Of a stretch of 64,000 nucleotides of DNA, positions 20,053-30,646 are shown piece after piece. Made by a program: the position numbers and the translations under genes. The stretch covers positions 4,416,001 to 4,480,000 of the forward strand of contig CAVWVQ010000003.1 of NCBI GenBank assembly GCA_963758525.1. The letters run 5' to 3'. The stretch comes from an uncultured Phycisphaerales bacterium (GTDB taxonomy: Bacteria > Planctomycetota > Phycisphaerae > Tepidisphaerales > Tepidisphaeraceae). Below the pieces are notes generated by a model. The model was given only the letters and a program-made list of their open reading frames with translations. It made no database searches and had not been told where the DNA came from. The stretch's first letter is position 1, and each line of letters begins with the position of its first letter.

Positions 20053-20171
20053 CAACCTGTTTAACCGCGCCGCGAAGCGAAGCGCGTCCAGCGGCGCTTT
20101 TGAATCTGAGTCCCTCCGTCTGATGGTTGCACCTGGACGCGCTTCGCTACGCGGCGCGGCTAAACAGGTTG
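20053..20171. repeat. Palindromic element, same family as 7256-7369
   Basis: 39-bp IR with 2 mismatches caacctgtttaaccgcgccgcgaagcgaagcgcgtccag. Confidence 0.75.
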
Positions 20172-20214
20172 CAGAACTCCAACACTTCCAACGCGGCGGC
20201 ATGTGCCACGGGGA

Positions 20215-21750
20215 TCAGTCACCGCGCCGGCGAATCCACTCAAGGAGCGTCCGCACGCCCCAGCCGGTGGATCCCTTGGAATAGTACGGCAAGTCCTTGT
20301 CGATGTCAGCGACTCCGGCGATGTCCAAATGTGCCCATGGAACCGAGCCGTCGGTTGGGACGAAATAGCTCAGGAACGCGCCGCCTTGCAGAGGATGAGC
20401 CTCGCGGCCGGCGGAATTGACGATCTCGGCATGATGCGACTTGATCTGGTCGCGCTGATCGGGCCCGAGCGGCAGCCGCCAGATCTTTTCCCCGGTGGAT
20501 TCGCCAGCGGAAATCAGCGCGGCGACGAGATCGTCGTTGTTGCTCATCACCCCCGCCATGGTGGTACCCAAGGCAGTCACCACGCCGCCTGTCAGCGTCG
20601 CGAGGTCGACGACCGCCGCCGGCTTGTATGTTTCGATTCCCCACGCGAGCGCATCGCCCAGCACCAGCCGGCCCTCCGCGTCGGTGTTGGTCACCTCGAC
20701 AGTGACGCCGTTGTACATGCGGAGGATATCGCCGGGGCGATACGCCTTTGAGCTGATGGCGTTTTCGGCGCTGGAAAGAATGCCGACCACGTGCGCGGGA
20801 ATTTTCAATTTTGCCAGGGCATACATCACCCCGAGGACGACGGTGCCGCCCGATTTGTCATAGATCATCCGTCCCATGCGATCGGCCGGCTTGATGGAGA
20901 TGCCGCCGGTGTCAAACGTGACAGCCTTTCCGACGACCAGCAAAGGGCCGCCATGAGACTTCGGCTTTTTCGCCAGACCGTTGTATTCGAGCACGATCAT
21001 CCGCGGCGGCGTCGCGATACTCCCCGCGCCGACCGCGAGAATTCCCCCCATTTTCAGCTTCGCCAACTCCTTCTCATCGAGCACCCGGCATTTCAACTTC
21101 GCCTCGCGCGCCATCGACTGCGCGGCCTTGGCAAGCGTTGGAGGAGTGATGTCATTTCCCGGTCGCGAAGCGATCGTGCGGGCATAATTCTGCCCGTCGG
21201 CAATCGCGTGACCGCGGGCCACAGCCTCACGGACGGATTTCTCTTCTGAAACGACGGCAAGTTCCAGCCGCGCAGGGGATTCAGCGTCGTCCTTCGACCT
21301 GGCGGCGCCCTTGTATTCCGTGTAATCGAATGACGCCAACAACGCTCCGACCACCAGAGCCTCTGCCGCTTCCGTCGCGGAGACAGACTTGAATGAGGCC
21401 GGCACCACGAAAGCGGCGGAGCCGATGCGATGCGAACGCAAAGCGCGAATCGCGGCGCCGGCTGATTGCCGCAGCGATTCGCTCGTGAGTTTGTCGGCTT
21501 TTCCCACGCCGACGGCATAGACCCGTCGCGTGTTTCCCGCTGCGGTTTCCACGATCTCAAACGCGATTTCCCGTGACTTCCCGGTCGCGGCGCCGTTGTC
21601 GATGAGACGCCGCAGCGCCGCGCCCTCCGCTTTGCCGAGCAACGGTTGGTCGTCGATCTCCTTCGATTGCGTCACGAACACCAGAACGGCGTTGACATTT
21701 CCGACGGAAGCTTTGACGCTCAATCGAACATTTGTGCTCGTGGGCAGCAT
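20215..21750 (-). CDS. pepA: Leucyl aminopeptidase (M17)
   Basis: GKAVTFDTGGISIK, NTDAEGRL, DLATLTG, WAHLDIAG. Confidence 0.94.
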   Translation of the reverse strand: MLPTSTNVRLSVKASVGNVNAVLVFVTQSKEIDDQPLLGKAEGAALRRLIDNGAATGKSREIAFEIVETAAGNTRRVYAVGVGKADKLTSESLRQSAGAAIRALRSHRIGSAAFVVPASFKSVSATEAAEALVVGALLASFDYTEYKGAARSKDDAESPARLELAVVSEEKSVREAVARGHAIADGQNYARTIASRPGNDITPPTLAKAAQSMAREAKLKCRVLDEKELAKLKMGGILAVGAGSIATPPRMIVLEYNGLAKKPKSHGGPLLVVGKAVTFDTGGISIKPADRMGRMIYDKSGGTVVLGVMYALAKLKIPAHVVGILSSAENAISSKAYRPGDILRMYNGVTVEVTNTDAEGRLVLGDALAWGIETYKPAAVVDLATLTGGVVTALGTTMAGVMSNNDDLVAALISAGESTGEKIWRLPLGPDQRDQIKSHHAEIVNSAGREAHPLQGGAFLSYFVPTDGSVPWAHLDIAGVADIDKDLPYYSKGSTGWGVRTLLEWIRRRGD

Positions 21751-21814
21751 GATCGCCTTTCACTCGAAGATTTTGAGATCGGGCAACGCATGTGCTGGTG
21801 CATCAGTTCCCCCG

Positions 21815-21934
21815 CGTGGCACGGGCGTCCCGCGCGCCCCGCCCGTGTTAGCTGCGTGGAACAGGAGAGGACCTGGATATCGAACCATTCTCTTCTGTTT
21901 CACATCGCTAACACGCGGGACGCCCGTGCCACGC
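21815..21934. repeat. REP-like doublet
   Basis: gcgtggcacgggcgtcccgcg ... cgcgggacgcccgtgccacgc. Confidence 0.7.
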
Positions 21935-22038
21935 AGAGAGTTCGTCAAAGTCCGCCGCAGCTTTCCGATCGGGCCGACGAGTATAGGTTGCGGCGTTGGT
22001 CTCGCAACTGAGGACGGCGGCGATAGGATGATGGCGTG

Positions 22039-22230
22039 GTGCGTATCCGTCACATCCTCGATCCAGACCTCCGGGCGAGAATTGTCGCCGCGCTGGCCGA
22101 GCGGCGCGGCTGTTCAACGGCGGCGATTCCCGAGTGGTTCGAACTGGATGACGCGGACTACGTCGATCTGCTCAACGATCTCAAGGAAAAAGAGCAGCCG
22201 GGTGAGGATCGCGATGATCCGAGGAGTTAG
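22039..22230 (+). CDS. Small acidic hypothetical protein
   Basis: MRIRHILDPDLRARIVAALAERRG..WFELDDADYVDLL; protein-like composition. Confidence 0.45.
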   Translation: MRIRHILDPDLRARIVAALAERRGCSTAAIPEWFELDDADYVDLLNDLKEKEQPGEDRDDPRS

Positions 22231-22391
22231 CTCGGAGAGGGGTGGGGATTGCGTCCCGGCGCGCCGGGAGCAAGCTGCAAATCTCAAGGGGGATAACACG
22301 ACAACACGCGCGTCTCGGCGTCCCCCCGTTCATCCAATTTGCATTTTGCAATCCTCAATTTGCATTTTGCTATTCCCCGCTCGCGCTCCGC

Positions 22392-23393
22392 TCACCGGCC
22401 CGCCACCGATGACGAAATCACAATCCTGTCGCGCCCGCCGTCCTTGGCCTGGTAGAGCGCCGCGTCGGCGGCCGCGACAAGTTCGTCTCCGTTGGCCGAG
22501 CCATCGGACAAGAGGGACGCCACGCCAAACGACATGGTCAGCCCTTCGTTGCGCCGAAGGATCATGGCGGACGCCTTGCGGTAATCCTGGCGGATGCGCT
22601 CGGCAATCGTTGCCGCTTCAGCGCCGGCGGCGCGTGGCGCGAGGATGACGAATTCGTCGCCGCCGTAACGCGAGGCGACGTCCATCCCCCGCATGTTGGC
22701 GGTGATGGCGCGAGCCGCGACCAGCAGCAGGCGGTCGCCCACCTGGTGGCCACACGTGTCGTTGAGTTGTTTGTAGCCGTCCAGATCGATCATCACGATC
22801 GACATGTCAGTCTCGTAACGGCGCGCCTCGGAGAAGAGCTGCGACAATACCTTGTTGAAATGCCGGCGGTTGTAGAGCCCCGTCAGCGGATCCGTCGCCG
22901 CCGCCTCTTCGGTTTTTCGCAGCGCCTTTTCCAGGGCGGTGTTCTTCTCCCGCAGCGCGAGCATGGTTTTTTCCAACTCAGCCCGCAGCGCCTCGTTTTC
23001 CCGCCGCATGTTCGCGACGGCCAGACATTTCTCCACGACCAGCGGCAGCGCGAACAGATAGTCGCCCACCTTCACGACGTAGTCCGTCGCGCCCTTGCGG
23101 ATGGATTCGGCGGCGACATGCCCGATGTTTTCGCCGGTCACGAGAATCAGAGGAGTGTCGCATCGTCGACGCACGTGCGCCAGCAATTCCATCCCCGTTC
23201 CATCAGGCAGGTTGAAGTCGGAGAGGATCAGATCAAATGTCGCGATGTCCTGCCCCATCGCAGCGGCGATGGTCGATACGTCAACGATGTTTCCCGACCC
23301 GAACCGTTCACCCAGCGTCTGGCGGACCAGCTCGCGCTGGTCGGGATCGTCCTCGACGATCAGGAGGCGGAGGTTGGCTGAAGTGTGAGTCAT
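22392..23393 (-). CDS. Response regulator diguanylate cyclase (REC-coiled coil-GGDEF)
   Basis: LIVEDD, SDFNLPDGTG, TDPLTGLYNRR, RYGGDEF. Confidence 0.93.
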   Translation of the reverse strand: MTHTSANLRLLIVEDDPDQRELVRQTLGERFGSGNIVDVSTIAAAMGQDIATFDLILSDFNLPDGTGMELLAHVRRRCDTPLILVTGENIGHVAAESIRKGATDYVVKVGDYLFALPLVVEKCLAVANMRRENEALRAELEKTMLALREKNTALEKALRKTEEAAATDPLTGLYNRRHFNKVLSQLFSEARRYETDMSIVMIDLDGYKQLNDTCGHQVGDRLLLVAARAITANMRGMDVASRYGGDEFVILAPRAAGAEAATIAERIRQDYRKASAMILRRNEGLTMSFGVASLLSDGSANGDELVAAADAALYQAKDGGRDRIVISSSVAGR

Positions 23394-23411
23394 GGAAGAT
23401 TGCCGCGCCGG

Positions 23412-25074
23412 TCAGGCCGCCTGCGCCGCGGGCGTATTGATGACATACTCGCCGTTGATGGTGAAGCGAAACGTGCTTCCTTTGCCGGGCGTGCTCTGGG
23501 CCCAGATGGTGCCGCTGTAGGTCTCGACGATGCTCTTCACGCTCGCCAGGCCGATTCCCCTGCCGGGAATTCCGGCCAAGCGGGCATTGGCGCCGCGGCG
23601 GAAAACGTGGAAGAGCAGCTCGAGATCACGCGCATCGATGCCGATTCCGGTGTCGCGCACATAAAACTCGCACTCTGCCGGACGCAGGATCCAGCCCACG
23701 TGAATTTCCCGCGGCTCACCTGCCGGCGGCTCGCCCATGTATTTGATCGCGTTATCGATCAGGTTCTGAAAAACCTGTCGAAGCCGCGCGCTCGCACCGC
23801 AGTTTCGGCAGCGGGCCGTCAACCACAAATTGGATGTCGCGCGTCCGCAAATCCGCTTCGAAGATGCCGGCTACTTCGTCGACGAGCAAGTGCGTGTCGA
23901 GCGTCTCCATCTTCAGCCGCCGCGTCTTGATCTGCGACAGCTCCAGCAGCTCGCTGATCAGGTTCGTCTCCACCTCAACATTTTTCTGAATCCGCTCCAG
24001 GCGGTGAATCACGCTGGCGTCGAGTGTTTCGCGGTCGCGCATCAGCATTTCGGTCATCCCCGAGATATTGCGCAAAGGGGCGTTGAGGTCGTGCGAAACA
24101 GCCCGCAGGAAATCCTCCTTCTCGGCGATCTCGCTGCTGAGTCGTTTGTTGGCCGTTTCGAGCTGAGCTGTGCGTTGCTGAACCTTCGATTCCAACTCGC
24201 GATTTGCCGTCGCCAGGGCATCCTGCTGGCGGCGGATGCGGAGCACCATCTGATTGAACGAGCGCGCCAACCGGCCGATCACGTCCTGCCGGTCGATGGC
24301 GACTTGGGCGTCGAGGTCGCCGTCAATAATGCGCTGCGTGGCTCGGACGAGATGACGAATCGGATCGAGCAATTTATGAATGAGCATCGCCGCCAACGGA
24401 AAGCAGCCCAACACCGTCAGCGTGCCGATCAGAACGACTTTCAGGCGAACCGCGTCCATCTCATTGTCGGCCGAATTGTCCGAGACGCAGACAGTGATAT
24501 AGCCGCTGACATGAAGCCCCCGTCGCGCGGCAGGATTGATCGTCGTGCCATCCTCCTGCTGCGGCTCCAGCGACAGCACCGGAGAGGTGATCGCCAGAAA
24601 CCAGCCGGCCCGGGGCGCGTAGCAATGCACGGGCTCAAATGCCGTGACCTTGGCCGATGGCGCGGGAAGGAACGCGAGCAGGTCCGCGCCCTCCCCGATT
24701 CCGCTCGACGATGCGAGCAGCCGTCCCGAGGAATCAAAGATGCCAGCGGTGATGACGTCGCGCTGAGCCAGCAATGCGCGCGCGATCCGCGACAACTCGG
24801 TCCGATCGTTGCGCTCCAATACGCCGGGGCTGATCGCCGCCAGCCCGCGCGAAAGCGTCATGGCGCGGTTTTCGACCATGGAGTCCGCGGTGGCACGCTG
24901 CTGCTGCAGGATCAAAAAGCAGCTCATTGCGACGGCCATCGCGACGATTCCAATGAAGCTGAGCAGCAGCTTGCTTTCAAGTCCGGTGCGCATCCCCAGG
25001 AATCGCGCTCCGTGCGTGCCGGGGCCGGCGGGCAAGGTCGTTGGCAATGAGGATTGCGACAGCGCAGTTTCCAT
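23412..25074 (-). CDS. Membrane sensor histidine kinase with HAMP (frameshift near 23787)
   Basis: Two TM helices, HAMP, VSHDLNAPL; RLRQVFQNLIDNAIKY, DTGIGI, GIGLA in the second frame. Confidence 0.85.
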
Positions 25075-25239
25075 CGAGCGACGCTGCACGCAACCAGCCC
25101 CGACAATAGTCGCGCAGCGCATCGTGCGCGGGACGTTGGCAGAGACCGCTGGGCGCGGCATCGTTGAGTTCATCGTCGCTGCCGGAGCACGGGTTAACTT
25201 TTGGCGGGGTGAAAAGCTCGCAACTCACGGAATGTAAAG

Positions 25240-25455
25240 CTATTTGGGCGGGCGGGGAGAACCACGCAACCGCCCGATTTCGAGGATCGGATCGCCCAGG
25301 ATCCAGATCGCCGCGCCCAGCAACCAGGCGAGTCGTGGAAAGCCCAATTCCCAGACAAAGCCGAGCACCACTGCCCCCAAGAGTCCGATAAAGAGGGTCT
25401 CAACGACGATCCGCTGAATCGTCCGGACATGCTGGTTGGGATCAGACGGCGGCAT
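25240..25455 (-). CDS. Small membrane protein
   Basis: Two hydrophobic segments. Confidence 0.4.
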   Translation of the reverse strand: MPPSDPNQHVRTIQRIVVETLFIGLLGAVVLGFVWELGFPRLAWLLGAAIWILGDPILEIGRLRGSPRPPK

Positions 25456-25561
25456 AGGTTCGCTTAGGAATTATAGCTTCGAGACAATTTCGCCGCAGCA
25501 ACCCAAATTATCGGGCGCCGATGCCCGCTGCAGAAGATCGAATCACTATGATCGCTCTGTC

Positions 25562-28500
25562 ATGCATTGGGACGACGCCCATCTGGAAGAGCGAACCAAG
25601 GAGATCGGAAAAGCGATCTTCGCGCGCGTGAAAGCGGCCGACGGTCATTCGCTGGCGGGATGGTGGCAGCGACACACGATGGGCTGGGGGATGCACGACG
25701 AACGCGTGAAAGCGCAGTTGTTTCGCTTTGTGGATGTGCTGCCAACCCTGGCAACGCCCGAGCTGATTGCCGGACATTTGCGCGAATACCTCATCCCTGT
25801 GCGCGATCGGCTTCCGGGGCCGGCAGCGCTCGTAATGAATTGGCTGCCAACGGACGGCTGGACGAGCCGTCGCGTCGCCGATGCGGCAAAGCTTGCCGCT
25901 GAGTCGATGGCGCGCCACTTCATCGCCGCCGCTGATTTGGAAGAGGCGATACAAAGCGTCGCGAAGCTGCGCCAGCATTCGCTCGGCTTCACCGTCGATC
26001 TATTGGGCGAAGCGGTTCTTTCCCGGGTTGAGGCCGAGCGCTACCGTGAGACCTATCTCCGCATGATCGACGGCCTGGCAGACGCCGCGGCCGAGTGGAC
26101 CCGAAATCCGCTGCTGGATTCCGATGGCAACGGCCGGCCGGTGCCCCGCGTGAATGTGTCGGTGAAACTCTCGTCGTTGTTCAGCCAGTTTGATCCGATC
26201 GATCCCCACGGCACGAGCTCCGCCGTTTGTGAACGGCTGCGGCCGATCCTGCGGCTCGCCCGCCGGCGTGGCGTGTTCGTCAACATCGACATGGAGCAAT
26301 ATTCTTACAAAGACATCACGCTGCAAATATTCCGCGGCATCCTCGACGAATCGGAATTTCGTGATTGGCCGGATGTCGGCATCGCCATTCAGGCATACTT
26401 GCGCGACTGCGGCGATGATCTGGCCAGACTCGCCGATTGGGCCGGCCGTCGCGGAACTCCGGTTTGGGTGCGGCTCGTCAAGGGAGCGTATTGGGATTAC
26501 GAAACGATCGTTGCCGCGCAGAACGGCTGGAACATACCCGTCTTTGCGCACAAGCATGAGACGGATGCCAACTACGAAAAGCAAACCGCGTTTCTGATCG
26601 AGCATCACGAACAGCTCCGTCCCGCGATCGGGAGTCACAACATCCGCAGCATCGCCAGGGCGCTGGCGCTGACAGAGGCGCACGGCCTTCCCCCGCGCAG
26701 CATCGAGTTTCAAATGCTCTACGGAATGGCCGATCCGGTGAAGAGCGCATTGGTGAAAATGGGCCATCGCGTACGTGTCTACGCGCCAGTGGGAGAGCTG
26801 CTCCCGGGCATGGCGTATCTGGTGCGCCGGCTGCTTGAAAACACATCGAACGAATCCTTCTTACGGGCTGGTTTTCTGGATCACGTGCCCGAGGAGCGTC
26901 TGCTGATGAATCCCGCACTCACATCTCCTCCAACTGTCGCCCGGCCGCAAGACACGAGTCCGGCTCCGCAACTTCCTGCCTTTCACAATGAGCCGCTCAC
27001 CGATTTCTCCCGCGCCGCCGAACGTGAAAAGATGCGTGCGGCGCTGGACGCGGTCAGGAGCCAGTTCAGCGCAATTGCGCCCGCGCGCGCTCTTTCCTCC
27101 TCCCCTGGTACTCCGGCCTTCGGCTCTGAGGCTCAGGCTCGAAGAGGGGAGGGCCGGGGTGGGGGCGGCGTCGAGCTTCCAGAGGACGGCCCCCACTCTG
27201 TCCCTCCGCAGGACTACCAGGGTAGGGGAATCGAAACCCAGACGCCCCCAATTGCGCAAAGCCAGTTCGGAAATTCGCATCCGCTGATCATCGGCGGAAA
27301 GACCATCACGCGCAACGAGACGATTGAGTCGTTCGACCCGTCGCACCGCCGAACCCTCGTCGGTCGCACGGCCCGCGCAACCGCCGACGACGCCCGGCTT
27401 GCGGTAACGGCAGCGACCGACGCCTTCCCGGCTTGGCGCGACGCTGGCGTAAAGCGCCGTGCCGAATTGCTGATGGCGTGCGCCCGGATTTTGCGACGAC
27501 GGCGCTTCGAGCTCTCGGCGTGGGAGATCGTCGAGACCGGCAAACAATGGCGCGAGGCCGACGCTGATGTCGCGGAAGCGATCGACTACTGCAGCTTCTA
27601 CGCGAACGAAGCCGTCCGCCTGGCCGAGCCGCAACGGCGCGACGTGCCCGGCGAGGAGAACCGCACCTTCTACGAGCCCCGGGGAGTCGCCGTCGTCATC
27701 GCACCCTGGAATTTCCCCCTGGCGATCTTGTGCGGGATGACTGCCGCGGCCCTGGCGACGGGAAACACGGTGGTCATGAAGCCGGCGGAGCAGTCGCCGA
27801 TCATCGGCGCGAAGCTGATGGAAGTGTTCATCGAAGCGGGACTACCGGCCGGCGTGGTGAACTACTTGCCCGGTCTTGGTGAAGAAGTCGGACCGGCTCT
27901 TGTGAATCATCCGGACGTTGCGGTGATCGCTTTTACCGGCTCGCGCGCCGTCGGTCTGCAGATTCAAGCCGACGCGGCCCGCGTGCCGGCGGGGCAGCAA
28001 CACCTGAAAAAAGTGATCACCGAGATGGGCGGGAAGAACGCGTTGATCATCGACGAAGACGCCGATCTCGACGAAGCCGTGCATGGCGTCGTCGCAAGCG
28101 CCTTCGGATATGCGGGGCAAAAATGCTCCGCCTGCTCGCGCGCGATTGTGCTGGCGTCGGTGCATGACGCTTTTCTGACCCGCCTCGTTGAAGCGACGCG
28201 CAGCCTGAAGATCGGGCCGGCGGAAGATCCGTCGTGCAGCGTCGGGCCGGTGATCGAAGAAGACGCGCGGCGGCGCATTCTTCAAGCCGTCGAGAAGGGA
28301 AAAAGCGAGGCCCGGCTGGTCTATTGCGCCGATGTCAGCGCGCTGGCGGACGAAGGTTGGTACGTCGGCCCTCATATATTTGCCGATGTGCCCGAGGGCG
28401 CATCGATCGCACAGGAAGAAATCTTCGGCCCCGTGCTGACGGTCATCAAAGCCGCGAATCTGGACGACGCGCTCCGCATCGCCAACGGCACACCATACGC

Positions 28501-28753
28501 CCTCACCGGCGGCATCTATTCACGTAGTCCTGCCAACATCGAGAAAGCCCGCCGCGAATTTCGCGTCGGCAATCTCTACATCAATCGCAAGATCACCGGC
28601 GCGCTCGTCGATCGCCAGCCCTTCGGCGGCTTCAAACTCTCCGGCGGCGCCACCAAAGCCGGCGGCTCCGATTACCTCCTCAATTTCCTGCTCACCCGCA
28701 CCATCACCGAAAACACTCTCCGACACGGTTTCGCGCCCGCCGAGGCCACGTAA
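25562..28753 (+). CDS. putA: Bifunctional proline dehydrogenase / P5C dehydrogenase with 67-codon insertion
   Basis: VDLLGE, RLVKGAYWD, EFQMLYGM, YLVRRLLEN, PWNFP, EMGGKN, AGQKCSA, EEIFGP, QPFGG. Confidence 0.95.
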   Translation: MHWDDAHLEERTKEIGKAIFARVKAADGHSLAGWWQRHTMGWGMHDERVKAQLFRFVDVLPTLATPELIAGHLREYLIPVRDRLPGPAALVMNWLPTDGWTSRRVADAAKLAAESMARHFIAAADLEEAIQSVAKLRQHSLGFTVDLLGEAVLSRVEAERYRETYLRMIDGLADAAAEWTRNPLLDSDGNGRPVPRVNVSVKLSSLFSQFDPIDPHGTSSAVCERLRPILRLARRRGVFVNIDMEQYSYKDITLQIFRGILDESEFRDWPDVGIAIQAYLRDCGDDLARLADWAGRRGTPVWVRLVKGAYWDYETIVAAQNGWNIPVFAHKHETDANYEKQTAFLIEHHEQLRPAIGSHNIRSIARALALTEAHGLPPRSIEFQMLYGMADPVKSALVKMGHRVRVYAPVGELLPGMAYLVRRLLENTSNESFLRAGFLDHVPEERLLMNPALTSPPTVARPQDTSPAPQLPAFHNEPLTDFSRAAEREKMRAALDAVRSQFSAIAPARALSSSPGTPAFGSEAQARRGEGRGGGGVELPEDGPHSVPPQDYQGRGIETQTPPIAQSQFGNSHPLIIGGKTITRNETIESFDPSHRRTLVGRTARATADDARLAVTAATDAFPAWRDAGVKRRAELLMACARILRRRRFELSAWEIVETGKQWREADADVAEAIDYCSFYANEAVRLAEPQRRDVPGEENRTFYEPRGVAVVIAPWNFPLAILCGMTAAALATGNTVVMKPAEQSPIIGAKLMEVFIEAGLPAGVVNYLPGLGEEVGPALVNHPDVAVIAFTGSRAVGLQIQADAARVPAGQQHLKKVITEMGGKNALIIDEDADLDEAVHGVVASAFGYAGQKCSACSRAIVLASVHDAFLTRLVEATRSLKIGPAEDPSCSVGPVIEEDARRRILQAVEKGKSEARLVYCADVSALADEGWYVGPHIFADVPEGASIAQEEIFGPVLTVIKAANLDDALRIANGTPYALTGGIYSRSPANIEKARREFRVGNLYINRKITGALVDRQPFGGFKLSGGATKAGGSDYLLNFLLTRTITENTLRHGFAPAEAT
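27059..27268. mobile_element. In-frame MITE/REP-like insertion in putA
   Basis: 9-bp direct repeats agccagttc (27059, 27260), inner IR gcgcaattg/caattgcgc, core related to the repeat at 13148. Confidence 0.65.
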
Positions 28754-29560
28754 CACGGGTTCCCAACCCGTGCGAACATGCCCCGAAGTAACACGGGTTT
28801 CCAACCCGTGCGAACAGCGCCCCGAAGTAACACGGGTTTCCAACCCGTGCGAGCAGCGCCCCGAAGTAACACGGGTTTCCAACCCGTGCGAGCAGCGCCC
28901 CGAAGTAACACGGGTTTCCAACCCGTGCGAACATGCCCCGAAGTAACACGGGTTTCCAACCCGTGCGAACATGCCCCGAAGTAACACGGGTTTCCAACCC
29001 GTGCGAACATGCCCCGAAGTAACACGGGTTTCCAACCCGTGCGAACATGCCCCGAAGCAACACGGGTTTCCAACCCGTGCGAACATGCCCCGAAGTAACA
29101 CGGGTTTCCAACCCGTGCGAACATGCCCCGAAGTAACACGGGTTTCTAACCCGTGCGAACATGCCCCGAAGTAACACGGGTTTCCAACCCGTGCGAACAG
29201 CGCCCCGAAGTAACACGGGTTTCCAACCCGTGCGAGCAGTGCCCCGAAGTAACACGGGTTTCCAACCCGTGCGAGCAGCGCCCCGAAGTAACACGGGTTT
29301 CCAACCCGTGCGAGCAGCGCCCCGAAGTAACACGGGTTTCCAACCCGTGCGAGCAGCGCCCCGAAGTAACACGGATTTCCAACCCGTGCGGGCGGCGCCC
29401 CGAAGTAACACGGGTTTCCAACCCGTGCGAACAGCGCCCCGAAGTAACACGGGTTTCCAACCCGTGCGAGCAGTGCCCCGAAGTAACACGGGTTTCCAAC
29501 CCGTGCGAGCAGCGCCCCGAAGTAACACGGGTTTCCAACCCGTGCGGGCGGCGCCAGAAG
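28750..29560. repeat. Tandem array of 21 palindromic 38/39-bp units
   Basis: GTAACACGGGTTTCCAACCCGTGCG-(AACATG|AACAGCG|AGCAGCG|AGCAGTG|GGCGGCG)-CCCCGAA; counted by hand. Confidence 0.92.
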
Positions 29561-29792
29561 TACAAGCCGTTCGGATGGTCATTAAAGCGCCCGCTGTTGA
29601 CGCGGTCCGCCGGGCTTGCCGCTTCAGCGGCGAGATCTGCGGGAGGTTCAATTGTATTCAGGATCGCGCACCGACTCGATCAAGTTTCCCGCTGAAACGA
29701 CTGTAAAGAGACCGCGAGTCATGCGATTAGTCTAGCTGGGAAGTACGCGGAGCTCTTCAATTCAAACGGTTCAGAGCGTAAACACGCATCCG

Positions 29793-30524
29793 TCAAGCTT
29801 CGCGCGTCACTTCAATCGCATCCCGCAATTTCAAAGTCCCTTCATACAGGCTCCGCCCCACAATCACCCCCCAAAACGGAAGATCCTTCATCATCCGGAT
29901 ATGTTCGATCGTTCCGACACCGCCGCTGGCAATGACGGGGACTTTCCCCGCCTTGGCAAGCTCCAGCGTCGACTCGACGGCCGGCCCCTGCAGCATGCCG
30001 TCTTTGCTGACATCGGTGTAGAGCAGCGCCGCGAGCGGCCAATCGCTGACCACTGCCGCAAGCTCGGTCGCGCACAGCGCCGAGGTTGTCGTCCACCCGC
30101 GCGTCGCGACCATCCCGTCCTTCGCATCGAGCGCCAATACCAGTTTGCCGGCAAACTCTGGCTCTTCCGCCAGCGATGTAAACCACTTCCAGTCTTCGAT
30201 CGCCTTGGTTCCAACGACCACCCGGCTCGCGCCGGCCGCCAACAGCCGGCGGATATCTTCTGTCGAGCGAACGCCGCCGCCGGCTTCCACTTTCAGACTC
30301 GAAGACGCGATGATCTTCGCGATCAGCTCCGTCTGGACGGGACGGCCCTCTTTCGCTCCGTCCAAGTCGACGATGTGCATCCAATGCGCTCCCGCCTCGG
30401 CGAAAGTAGCTGCGGTTTCGACCGGGTCGGCGGCGTAATTGATCTGGCGGCTGTAGTCTCCTTGCTTGAGGCGGACAACGTGTCCGCCGCGCAAATCGAT
30501 GCTTGGCACAATTTGGATCGCCAT
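29793..30524 (-). CDS. hisA: ProFAR isomerase
   Basis: IVPSIDLRGGHVVRLKQGD, HIVDLDGA, GGGVRS, TDVSKDG, IASGG. Confidence 0.95.
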   Translation of the reverse strand: MAIQIVPSIDLRGGHVVRLKQGDYSRQINYAADPVETAATFAEAGAHWMHIVDLDGAKEGRPVQTELIAKIIASSSLKVEAGGGVRSTEDIRRLLAAGASRVVVGTKAIEDWKWFTSLAEEPEFAGKLVLALDAKDGMVATRGWTTTSALCATELAAVVSDWPLAALLYTDVSKDGMLQGPAVESTLELAKAGKVPVIASGGVGTIEHIRMMKDLPFWGVIVGRSLYEGTLKLRDAIEVTREA

Positions 30525-30532
30525 GTCCCCTA

Positions 30533-30644
30533 TGTACCACGGGTTTCCAACCCGTGCGAACGGCATAGAATAAGCAAACGCTGCGGTTCCAAGGGTTGCT
30601 CTTTAATTTGACGCCGGGCGCACGGGTTGGAAACCCGTGGTACA
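30533..30644. repeat. REP doublet of the same unit as the 28750 array
   Basis: tgtaccacgggtttccaacccgtgc ... gcacgggttggaaacccgtggtaca between divergent hisA and uvrC. Confidence 0.85.
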
Positions 30645-30646
30645 GG

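Noticed and set aside
28750..29560. CRISPR array
   Set aside because: Units are palindromic and 38-39 bp but abut directly with only 6-7 nt of recurring variation; no unique spacers and no cas genes in the window.
28520..29706. Repeat-protein ORFs (TGWKPVLLRG.., PEVTRVSNPC..)
   Set aside because: Translations of the DNA array; mixed 38/39-bp units shift frames, so coding is unlikely.
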